From: Chrysochromulina tobinii
Lineage: Eukaryota
Direction: 5' to 3'
Length of the DNA: 33,299 nucleotides
NCBI GenBank assembly: GCA_001275005.1
Contig: JWZX01001549.1
Span: 1-33,299 of the forward strand
The notes beneath the pieces are model-generated. The model was not told where the DNA came from, searched no databases, and worked only from the letters and a program-made list of their open reading frames with translations. The position numbers were made by a program, and so were the translations under genes. Shown one piece after another: positions 9,880-19,100 of this stretch (positions within the stretch are counted from its first letter, which is position 1; each line of letters begins with the position of its first letter).

Positions 9880-10109
9880 CGCATGGCGAAATAATGGCAA
9901 TGATGCGTCATTAGAGATCAGATGTGGTATGTATGATGTATCCGGCGATGCATCTGCGTGTGAGCTGCGTCGCATGTCGGCTTTGACGTTCCAGCGAACC
10001 TTACCGGCGCGTGATAATTATGAAACTCAAAGCTCCCAGCGGCACGCACAGCACATGATGTCTCTCACATGTCACATGTGCCGTGCGAGACCCATGGCGT
10101 GGGCAGAGC

Positions 10110-10545
10110 ATACGCGCCACGAGATCGTCGAACACCTCGCCGACGACCTCATCGGACGACTTGACGCCGCGGCCGCCGCCCGTGCGTGGCTGCAACGAGA
10201 TGAACATCTCAAACATGCCTGCGGACTCCTTTGTTTGGAAAGTGATGTCCGCGTTCAGGTAGAGTCCGAAGATCTCGGGACGGTCCAACGAGCGGAAATG
10301 AACTGGCGGTACGTGTCGATCTGCACCTCGGGCGGCGCGCAGTACCGGAACTTGGCATCCATCTGCGAGCAGTACGATAAGGTCGTCGGCTGCGCGATGG
10401 TCTGCGGGTCGAGGTACGACGAGACCATGGCGCGCGTGAGGCGCACGTCCTGCTTGTCCGTCACGCGCCCGCCGTAGATGACGTCCGACATGATGATGTT
10501 GAGCGCCTCCCACGGCACCGACAGGTTCTGGTCGAGGAAGAGCCT
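10110..10545 (-). pseudogene. Dynein heavy chain fragment (AAA6 lid to start of C-terminal domain), frameshifted
   Basis: RLFLDQNLSVPWEALNIIMSDVIYGGRVTDKQDVRL...TYRQFI, frame break near 10290, then DRPEIFGLYLNADITFQ...LQPRTGGG. Left boundary is approximate. Confidence 0.88.
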
Positions 10546-10566
10546 CGAGGAAGAGCCTCGAGGAAG
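10532..10566. repeat. 13-bp tandem repeat (2.7 copies) at the inversion junction
   Basis: tcgaggaagagcc tcgaggaagagcc tcgaggaag. Confidence 0.9.
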
Positions 10567-10568
10567 GT

Positions 10569-10766
10569 CCTCCAAAGGGCCTCAAGGCCAACATCGGCCG
10601 CTCGTTCATCGTCATGGATGAGAGTACGCTCGAAGGATGCGCACAGCCGACCGAGTTCAAGAACCTGCTCTTCGGCCTGTGCTTCTTCATCGCGGCCATT
10701 CACGAGCGGCGTCAGTACGGCGCGATCGGCTGGAACATCGCGTACCAGTGGATGACCTCCGACCTC
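10569..10766 (+). pseudogene. Dynein heavy chain fragment immediately upstream (in the protein) of the minus-strand fragment, inverted
   Basis: PPKGLKANIGRSF...FKNLLFGLCFFIAAIHERRQYGAIGWNIAYQWMTSDL matches the dynein pattern EPPxGLKAN...LxFFHAxxxERRxxGxxGWNxxYxFxxSDL. Confidence 0.9.
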
Positions 10767-10786
10767 ACTTACCGCGTATTGTACGA

Positions 10787-11506
10787 CTACACGCGCCCAG
10801 CCAGCTTCGCTTCGATGATTTGCCTGAGCTCCTCGCGCTCGCGCAGGCTGTCTAGCTTGGCGCGCGCCTGCTCGAGCGCCGCCTCGATCTGCTCGCGGTC
10901 GCTCGCGCTGGTGGCCTCGCCCTCGGGGTCTCCCTCAGCCTCGCGCCTGAGCGCCTCAAGCACGGCACGCGTCGCGTCGGGCGGGATCTCGACGCCGCGC
11001 TCGCTCAGGAACAGCTTGAGCTGCGTCGTGGTCAGATGCTTCGCCTTCATGCCGCTGCTGTTCGAGGCGCGCAAGGCGCGCGAGGGCGCCGTCGCTGGCT
11101 TCGGCTCGGGCGCTGATGCGGCCGCTGCCGCCGCTGCCGCCGCTGCCTCGAGCAGCAATGCCTGCTCGACAGCCTGCTTCTCGGCGTCCGCCTGGCGTCG
11201 GTGCTCCTCGACGCGCTCGCTGAATTTCATCTCCAGTTTGCTCGCACGCACTGTCGATGGTGAGGCAGGCTCTGCTGGCCCATTTGGTGCAGGTACCGGT
11301 GGTGGAGCTTCTGCCAGCTCGTTAGGTGCAGGTGCAGACGACGGAATCTCTGCTGGCTGGTTAGGTGGAGGTGCCAGCGGTGGAGCCACTGCTGGCGGCT
11401 CGGCTGCGGCCGTTGGCTGCTGAGCGTCCGGCTCGGGTGCCTTGGCGACGGGGCTGGTGAACTCATCCGGCTCGGGCGGTCGCGTGCCGCTGTGACAGCA
11501 TCCCAT
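10787..11506 (-). CDS. Hypothetical protein (239 aa): N-terminal MGCCHS acylation motif, Pro/Ala linker, coiled coils, short helix-extension-helix-like motif
   Basis: MGCCHSG start; charged helical segments; LTTTQLKLFLSERGVEIPPDATRAVLEAL resembles SAP/LEM/Ish1-type motifs. Confidence 0.7.
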   Translation of the reverse strand: MGCCHSGTRPPEPDEFTSPVAKAPEPDAQQPTAAAEPPAVAPPLAPPPNQPAEIPSSAPAPNELAEAPPPVPAPNGPAEPASPSTVRASKLEMKFSERVEEHRRQADAEKQAVEQALLLEAAAAAAAAAASAPEPKPATAPSRALRASNSSGMKAKHLTTTQLKLFLSERGVEIPPDATRAVLEALRREAEGDPEGEATSASDREQIEAALEQARAKLDSLREREELRQIIEAKLAGRV

Positions 11507-12027
11507 CGGCGCCACCGAGACGGGCTACCTTCTCTTCAGACGAGGCGGTGGATCGGGGATCGTCCGGCGACTCGCTCCACAAGCGGCTTCGGGCACATCC
11601 GCGGAACTACTTTGAGCTCCGCACGGTGTGAACCTTGAGACAGTGTGTGAATGTTCAGTCAGTCAGTTTCGTCGCGGTCCCCCCGCGCTCACCACACCGT
11701 CTCGTCTCAAAGGACGGCTCCGTTCCATCGGTCAACACAATTTTTGAGTAATCGCTCGCTCGGGCGATTCAATTTCCATGCTCGATTTCGCTAGTGAGGT
11801 TCGGTTGAAGTGTGATCTCTGTGTGAATGGTAGGGAACAAGACCCCCGCGCGCCGTTGTGGCACATGGCTTGCCCCGGTTCCACACCAAACGTGGCACGG
11901 ATATCGAAATCGCACGGTCACGCATTAATTGAACACACACGGAGCGAGCCACACCGCGCCCACCCCGCAGCCGCTCCCGCACGCATCGCATGCGCCGCGC
12001 ACTTCGTCTCTCTCGAGTCTCGTGAGC

Positions 12028-15000
12028 TCACGTGCGGAAGAAGATACGGGCCGAGCAGAAGGCGCACTCGAGCAGCTCGTACTCGAGCTCGTACGAGCGG
12101 ATGCGCTTGAGCGCGAGCGTGTTCGCGTCCTCCTTACGTCCACCCGTCGAGGCCGCGCCCGCGGCCTCCTGCAGCGCCGTCCGCTCGGCAGCGTAGCGCG
12201 CCTGCACCGTGTCCCACCAGTAGAGCGTCTCGAACTGCTCGTTCTGCTCGAGGAGCTTGAGCAGGTACGCAAGGCCCATTGCGAAACCGTCGTCTGTGAA
12301 GTACGCCTCGCGCGCCTTTTTCTGCAGCTTATCCTTGGCCACGAGCATCGAGTCGACGTACGCGATGGTGAGCGAGGGCACGATGAGGAAAAAGTGGCGC
12401 AGGTGATCGTTCTTGGTCGAGCGGATCTCGGACGAGAAGACGTTGACGAGGATTTCGAAGTAGTTGGCGCCCTCGTCGTACGAGGAGCGCATCCCGTCGA
12501 CGAAGCGCGCAGCTAACCCGTGCGCCTCCGCACACGCCGCGCCAAGCGCGAGCGCACCGCGCACCGCGCCGGCGGCGCCGTTGCCCACGCCGGCCGCGGG
12601 CGCGGCGCCTCCACCGGCGGCGTCCGCATCGGGAGGCAGGGGCAGCGGCTGCACGCCAGGCAGGTCGGGAAGGCATTGGGCCGTCTCGCCGGTGAAGTGG
12701 ACGCCGCCCGCGCGCACCATGCGCACATAGCCCATCGCGTTGCCGATCTCGGTGATGAGGATGCGGAACTGGTCGAGGACAGTGATGGGCGCGTGCTGGT
12801 CGCCGAGCTTGCGCACGTCCTTGGCGAGCTTCTCGGCGGACTCGTATGGGTAGCGGGCCCGCGCACGAGTGCGCCCGTCCCTGTCGCTTTCGGGACGGTC
12901 CTGGCGCGTGAGGATGGCGAGCTCGCGGTACGCGCGCGCCTCGCGCACGAGCTTCGACTTGATGTGGTCGTCAAAGAGGAATTGGGAGAAGACCATCAGC
13001 TTTCGCTTGAGGTACTGGTACGTGAAGTTGACGGCAGTGTTCATGATGCCCGCGCCGTGCACGCGGATCGAAGCGGCCACGTGTCGGATGCCGATCGTGT
13101 TCAGGTGCTTGCCCTCGTGCGCGCCGCCGCTCTCGACGAAGATCTGGTTGTGCAGATTGTACCGGAAGTTACGCACGAAGAGGTGGATGTTGCGCATGAT
13201 CTGGAGCACGTCGAGGCCCTCCTCCATGGTTTGTCCGGGCAGGCACGCGGCCGCGGGCAGCTGCGGGTCGACAAAGTCGAGGCAGCCGCCGCCGCCGGAG
13301 CCATCCATGCCAAACGTGTAGCGCTGCATCGCGATGGCGCGCATCTCCGCGTACGTGCGCCAGTCGTGCAGCGAGACGGTGGTCAGGTTGTAAAAGGTGC
13401 AGTCGAGGTAGCGCCCCACGTGCGCCACCGGCAGCACCGCCTGCATGCAGATCGGGAGTGCCGGCTGCCCGAGCCGTGCGGCGAGCGCGCGCACGTTGGC
13501 GGGCGCGGGCGTGGTGAGCGAGCCTAGGGTGGCGGCCGCGTGCTGTGCATATCGCAGGTCAGTCTCGATCTCGAGCGCGAGCTTGCGCAGTACCTCCTCG
13601 TCGAGCGCGCTACTGAGCATCGCGCTCAGCAGCGTGATCCACGACGGGCCCACGGGCGCCGCGTCATTGATCGGCCCCGGCGGCGCGCCGCTGCCGGGCG
13701 CGCCGGGCTTGGGCGCGTACGGCGTGGGGTGGACGCCGAGGGCGGCGGTGCGCCGCAAGAGTGGCTCGACGTCGCGCACCGCGTCGAGCAGGGTGTGGAG
13801 CACTCGTGGCGTGGGCAGCTCGCGTGCGATCGCTACGAGCGGAATGAGCAGGTCGCGCGCACAGAAGAAGAGGAAGTCGCATGAGGTGGCGGCCGCGAGG
13901 GTTGGCTGCCAACTGCCGAGCAGCTGCAGCTTCCACAGCAGGTCCGAGAGCTCCTCGTGATCGGCTTCGCGCATGAGCGGCTTGAGTTGCGCCACGTGCC
14001 TCGCGAGCTGCACGATCGTGAGCCGCGTGCGGTCCGGCGGCGAGGCGAGCGTCTGCACCATCAGCGTGACCGCCGCTAGCCGATCGAGCGCTGCGTCATC
14101 CAGACGACGCGCCGCCTCGAGCTTCGCGCGCACGGGCAGGAGCAGCCGCCTGATCTGGGCGGCGCACGTACGCCCGGCGTGGACTGCGGTGAGGCTCGTG
14201 AGTGCGCCGTGCCGGTCGACGGCCACCTGGAAGCTCTTGAGCACCTCGAGCGCGCCGAGCAGGGACGGGAGCACCTTCTTTGGGAAGGGGCTGCCTAGCT
14301 CGAAGTGGCCCGCGACGGCGGAGCGAAGCAGCTGTGAGAGGCGCGAGCCGAGCAAGATCGCCTGGATGAGGAGCGAGGTGCTCGTGGTGAGCAGCTCCTG
14401 CTTGTTCGCGTGCGCCGTCAGGTCCGAGTCGAAGCGCGCGAGCCACTTGCACAGCGCGAGCCGCAGCGTGTTCACGTCCTTGTGCAGTTCCGCATCGAGC
14501 AGCTTGAGGAATTCGACTTCGACCTTGGAGGCGGCCTCGACGGTCATCGAGGAGCCTTTGAATGGGAGAGTGCCTGCCCACCGAGGGGGTGAGGGGGCGA
14601 GGGGGTGAGGGGCGAAGGGGTGGCGGGAAGGGGGAGGGGGAGTGGGGGTTCGGCCGCTTGGGGACTTGAGCGCCGTCCCGAGCGCGGGAGGGAGGGCGGG
14701 CGAGGAGATCGAGAGGAGATCGAGAGGAGATCGAGAGCTGAGGGGCCAAGGGGATTGGGGGGGGGCGGGGGGAAGTGGGCACTCACGTGCGAGGAAGGAG
14801 AGCGGTCGCCACATGGCGACGCCGCCCAGGTAGGTGAGCGGCACGCGCTTGCCGAGCGCCCAGAGCGCGGTGTAGGTCTTCTTGTCAACTCCCTTGGTGG
14901 GCGCGTGGAGGTACTGGTGGAAGCAGAAGAGTGCTACGAGGCCGACGATCTCGTCGCGCTGCTGCGTCTCGGTGGGCTGGCCGATTATGGTGCCAAGGTC

Positions 15001-15762
15001 GGCGAGCAGCCGCTTCACGTTCTCGAGCAGCTGCGTCAGGAACGGCGCGTTCGTCGTCACGTTAATGTCGACGGTGCCGTCGACGGTGCGCGCGTCGAGC
15101 TGCTGCGTGATGCAGCTCCGGAAGAGATTGTTCTGCAGCAGCTTGGTGATGGCGACGATGCGCGCATCGAGCTCAAGGAGCTGCGGCATCTCTACACCAT
15201 ACAGGCCAGGCTCGCGCGTCATGTTGTTGACCACGCGCCGGTATCCCGCGAGCGCCTCGGGCAGGTGCGTGCTCCGCTGCAGCGCATCGTCGAGCAGGAT
15301 GAGCACCCCGAGCAGGTCTCCGAGCGCATCAAAAGCGCGACGCATGGTGACGGCGCGGAAGGTGGCGGCGAAGAGCTTTTGTTGCGGCGAGTAGAGCGAC
15401 GCGAGCTGCCGGATTAGGTTCACTGCGAGCGCGTTCACGCGGATCGAGAACTGCTGCACCGCGAGCAGCAGTGGCAGCGCCGCGTTGGCGGCCACCTCGG
15501 GCCGCGGCGGCTCGGCGAGCGCGGCGGCGGCGACGCCCGCCTCGACAGCGGCCGACGCCATCGCCGGCTGGTCGGCGAGCAGCAGCAGCGCCGGCAGCAG
15601 GTGGTCCCGCGCTCGATCGCGCAGCGCCGTCGCCTCGTCGCACAGGTACGAGAAGACGATGATGACCTTGTTGAAGAGCTTGTTGTCGGTCTGCACGAGC
15701 GAGTTGCAGGCCACCTCCGAGCGCGGCGTCGCGTCGATGGCCACCGGACCGCACGAGCCCAT
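12028..15762 (-). CDS. WASHC4: WASH complex subunit 4 (SWIP/KIAA1033, 'WASH-7' domains); one in-frame intron; an upstream exon may be missing
   Basis: TDNKLFNKVI, IETDLR, YLDCTFYNLTTVSLHDWRTYAEMR, LPGQTMEEGLDVLQIMRNIH, KHLNTIGIRHVAASIRVHGAGIMNTAVNFTYQYL, LDQFRILITEIGNAMGYVRMVRAGG, FTDDGFAMGLAYLLKLL. Confidence 0.95.
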   Translation of the reverse strand: MGSCGPVAIDATPRSEVACNSLVQTDNKLFNKVIIVFSYLCDEATALRDRARDHLLPALLLLADQPAMASAAVEAGVAAAALAEPPRPEVAANAALPLLLAVQQFSIRVNALAVNLIRQLASLYSPQQKLFAATFRAVTMRRAFDALGDLLGVLILLDDALQRSTHLPEALAGYRRVVNNMTREPGLYGVEMPQLLELDARIVAITKLLQNNLFRSCITQQLDARTVDGTVDINVTTNAPFLTQLLENVKRLLADLGTIIGQPTETQQRDEIVGLVALFCFHQYLHAPTKGVDKKTYTALWALGKRVPLTYLGGVAMWRPLSFLARECPLPPAPPQSPWPLSSRSPLDLLSISSPALPPALGTALKSPSGRTPTPPPPSRHPFAPHPLAPSPPRWAGTLPFKGSSMTVEAASKVEVEFLKLLDAELHKDVNTLRLALCKWLARFDSDLTAHANKQELLTTSTSLLIQAILLGSRLSQLLRSAVAGHFELGSPFPKKVLPSLLGALEVLKSFQVAVDRHGALTSLTAVHAGRTCAAQIRRLLLPVRAKLEAARRLDDAALDRLAAVTLMVQTLASPPDRTRLTIVQLARHVAQLKPLMREADHEELSDLLWKLQLLGSWQPTLAAATSCDFLFFCARDLLIPLVAIARELPTPRVLHTLLDAVRDVEPLLRRTAALGVHPTPYAPKPGAPGSGAPPGPINDAAPVGPSWITLLSAMLSSALDEEVLRKLALEIETDLRYAQHAAATLGSLTTPAPANVRALAARLGQPALPICMQAVLPVAHVGRYLDCTFYNLTTVSLHDWRTYAEMRAIAMQRYTFGMDGSGGGGCLDFVDPQLPAAACLPGQTMEEGLDVLQIMRNIHLFVRNFRYNLHNQIFVESGGAHEGKHLNTIGIRHVAASIRVHGAGIMNTAVNFTYQYLKRKLMVFSQFLFDDHIKSKLVREARAYRELAILTRQDRPESDRDGRTRARARYPYESAEKLAKDVRKLGDQHAPITVLDQFRILITEIGNAMGYVRMVRAGGVHFTGETAQCLPDLPGVQPLPLPPDADAAGGGAAPAAGVGNGAAGAVRGALALGAACAEAHGLAARFVDGMRSSYDEGANYFEILVNVFSSEIRSTKNDHLRHFFLIVPSLTIAYVDSMLVAKDKLQKKAREAYFTDDGFAMGLAYLLKLLEQNEQFETLYWWDTVQARYAAERTALQEAAGAASTGGRKEDANTLALKRIRSYELEYELLECAFCSARIFFRT
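14574..14786 (-). other. Stop-free in-frame intron (213 nt, phase 1) in WASHC4
   Basis: GTGAGT donor at 14786 and GGCAG acceptor ending at 14574, same phase; C-rich low-complexity interior with short repeats. Confidence 0.85.
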
Positions 15763-16186
15763 CTATGTTGGACAGGAGGCGCCAGAAAGCAAGGGTCAAC
15801 ACGCGTCGGAGTTGCCGCGACTGAACTTCACAGCGACATGGAAACACGACATGGATCCTGCTTGGATCCCGCTAACGCATGGACGGAGGCATGGCCGAAA
15901 CAACCTTGCACGGCACACACAGACCATTTACATTGTAAAAGCACGCATGATTCAATTGTAAAAGCAAGACGATGTGGCGCGTTTACAATACATGTATCCA
16001 GGCTCGGGGCTAGCCATGCCAGTTGCGCCGCGGCGCGCGCGCGCCCTCCCCACATCTCGCATGGCGGGCACTGGTGGCGGGGGGGGGGGCGTTTGAATTT
16101 GACTTGTCTTGTCTTGACTTGACATGTCGCCCGCTCGCGCGGAAAGAGAGCGTCCCGGCCGCGACCGACGGCCTCGACGCACGCAC
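15763..16186. promoter_or_regulatory. Divergent WASHC4 / ATM-like intergenic region with repeated motifs
   Basis: ATTGTAAAAGCA at 15932 and 15955, inverted TTTACAAT at 15982, G-run near 16079-16089, pentamer array 16097-16124. Confidence 0.5.
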
Positions 16187-19100
16187 ATGTCGTCTCAGGC
16201 GGTGGCACGGCGCGCCAAGCTGGCGGCTGCCGACGAGGCCCAGTCGACGCTCCGCCAGCCCGCCGAGCTCAATCAGCTGGTCGATGAGCTCCAGAACCGG
16301 CTCAAGGAGGGCGGCAAGGAGGGCAAGGTCAAGTCGGCGAACGAGGCACTCAAGGAGCTCGTCGATCTGCTCGTGTCACACAAGTACGCGCGCGCGCACG
16401 GTGCCACGCTGCGCGACAACGCGAGCGCCAGCGCCGGCCGTGTGCCAACTTGGGACAGCGTCCTGAAGTGCACGCTCTTCTGTCTGAGCGTGTCCAAGAA
16501 GCTGCTCAAGGCGTTGGTTGAAAAGCTGCGCCTGCTCCTCGGCAAGGCACTCGAGGCCGGGCCGGGCGCGCTCCGCCCGACGAGTGAACTGCGCGTCTTC
16601 CTGTACGTGTGCCAGGAGCTGACCGACCGCGGCGGCACGGAGGCGCACGCGGCGCCGCGAGCTCCCGCGAAGAATGACGGCAAGTCGGCGCACCCCGATT
16701 GCATCGGCGTGCTCCTCCTCCTCGCGAGCGAGCGGCCGCAGCTGCTCGCACGCCTCTCGCCCCTTAGGCGCAAGCTGCTGCTCAACCAATGCATAGAATG
16801 GATCATTGGAGAGCCGCCTGGCGTCGATGGCGCTGGCGGCGGCGGCGGCGACGGCGCGGACAGCCGCTCAGACGGCATGGGCATAGGCGGTGTTGGTGCC
16901 AGCTCTAGCCGCGCGCCCGCGGGCGGCGGCGGCGGCATCGATCCGAGCGTGGTGGCGACGCCGCAGCTCCTGGTGCAGTATGCCCAGCTGCTCTCTCAAC
17001 TCGTAGGGGCGTGGGGCAGCGATATGGGGGTCCTCGAGAGCACTGGCGGTGGGCTGGAGGCGGGCGACGACGGCCCGTTCGCCCTGCTCACCGGCTTCAT
17101 GAACGACGTTTGCGAGAAGGAGCTGCCGTACCTACGCAAGATGGCCAACCAGCTTTGGTCCGCCACGCTGCATGCTATCCTGTGCCACGGCGCCAACGTG
17201 CTGCACGAGGTGGCGGCGTTTGGGCTGACCCCGTGCGTGCTCGAGCGCGTGCTGCGCGAGTTGCGCGAGGCCGATCGGGGTGGCGCGCTTGCCGAGACCC
17301 TCGCGAGCTTCGCGCGCTGCCAGCTCGCCTGCGTGCGCCTCTGCGGGCTCGCGCTGCCCGTGACGAGCGCACGCCAGCTCTCACATCTCGTCGAGCTCGA
17401 GCTCCGGTCTGCGAGCGCCTTCAAGCAGCCGGCGGCGCTGCTGAGCACCGCAGAGCTGAGCGAGGAGCGATGGCGTGCACGCTCGCTCCTACAGCTCATC
17501 GCCGACGTCCTCGCACTCCACCGGCCGCCGCCCAGCGCTGCCGCCGCGAGCGCCGCCGCGAGCGCCGCCGCGGGCGTGGCCGCCGCGGGCGCTACCGGGG
17601 CGGGGGCGTCCAAGCGGCAGCGCACCTCGGCGAGCGTGCCGCTGAGCACGCTGCTTCTCGAGGCGGTCCGTGCGCCCGGTAGCCCTGAGGAGTACGGGCG
17701 CTGGCTGCTCCTGATCGGATGCCTCGCTGAGCGCCATCCGGGCGCCCTCACGCCCTCAGTGCGCACGGCGCTCGTCGAGGCGCTCACGGCGGAGCTGCCG
17801 GTGGCGGACGGCTCGGTGGGTGGCGGCTGGGGGCGCCTGCCGCTCCTCGCGTGGGCGCTTGCCGGCCTCGCGCTGCTCGAGCCGCCGGGCGCAAGTGCGC
17901 CGCGCTGGGTGAGCCTCTGGCGCAGCTTACACGCACTCGTCGCTCTGTACGAGCCGGGCACGCGCACTCTCTACGCGGGCGGCGGCGACGGCGGCGCGGG
18001 TGGCGCGTCGGGCGGCGCAGGCGGCAGCGGCGGTAGTGCTGCTGGCGGCGCCGGCGGTGGTGGGGCGGCGGGAAGTACGGAGCGTCTGTGCTTCGTCGAC
18101 CTGGGCGCGCGCTGCTTGCGCGTGATGCTCGAGCGGGGACTTCTCCCTCCCTCTGAGGCCGCCGCCCAAGCCGCCTCCGTGATCCACTCATCGCCCCTCT
18201 TCGCGCCATTGGCCGTGCGCACCGCGGGAGATGCCACCGCGGCGGCGGCTGAGGGTCGCGCCTACCTTCGCTCGATGGTGGAGCTGAGCGCCGTGCTCGT
18301 CAGCGCAGCCGAGCGAGGCGTTCGCGCGGTAGACGAGGGAGCGGCGGCCGGTGGCGGCCGCGGCGGCGGCGGCGGCGGCGGGGCTTTCGACCGTCGGCGA
18401 CTGGTGCGCTGGCTGACGGAGCGCATGTACTGGGCGCCGGTGCAGCCAGCTTTCGAGGCCACATCTCCCTGGCGATGCGCGCTGCAGCTGCGTGCGACGC
18501 GGGCCGCGTGGGCAGCGGGCGCCGAGCACCTTCTGCTCCGGCGCGTCTGGTGTGCTGTCGTCACCGGTCATGGTGGCGGCGGCGCGGCGGTGGGCGGCAC
18601 GCTGCTCGGTGTGCCCGCTATCTCGCCCGGGGCGTGCGCTCTGCCCGTGACGTGGCTCGAGCGACCGTATAGCTCGGGGAGCGAAGGGTATGATCCTCTG
18701 CTCGGCGCCGCATCGGACGCGAGCTGGCGCCCCTCCGACCAGGCCGCCGGAGTGGCCGCCGCGCCGCCGTGCCCGCCGCGGCTGCTGCGCCGCCTCGTGC
18801 CGCTGGCAACGGCAGCGGGCGGCGGCCCGGTGGGCGCGGTGGACGAGGGCTGCGAGGAGGAAGAGGGCGAGTGGGACGAGGGCGGCGGTGGGAGCATCGA
18901 GGGTGTGCCGATGGGGCTGCTCCACCTCGAGGCCTTCCTACGCCACGTCGAGGCTCTCTCATCCAACCCCGCCCCCGCCGCCGCCGCCGGTTGCGCTGCG
19001 GATGGTGGCGGCGGCGGAGGCGGTGGCGGAGGCGGCATTGCGCTCGGGGCCCTCGGTGCGTACGCGAGCTCCGCGTCCCTGCTGGGTGTGGCTACGTACG

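Noticed and set aside
9869..10477. 202-aa plus-strand ORF after the ZF gene
   Set aside because: Largely antisense to the dynein fragment, with no recognisable motif.
10614..11423. 269-aa plus-strand ORF as a dynein gene
   Set aside because: Only the first ~51 codons are dynein; the rest is the antisense of the 10787-11506 gene.
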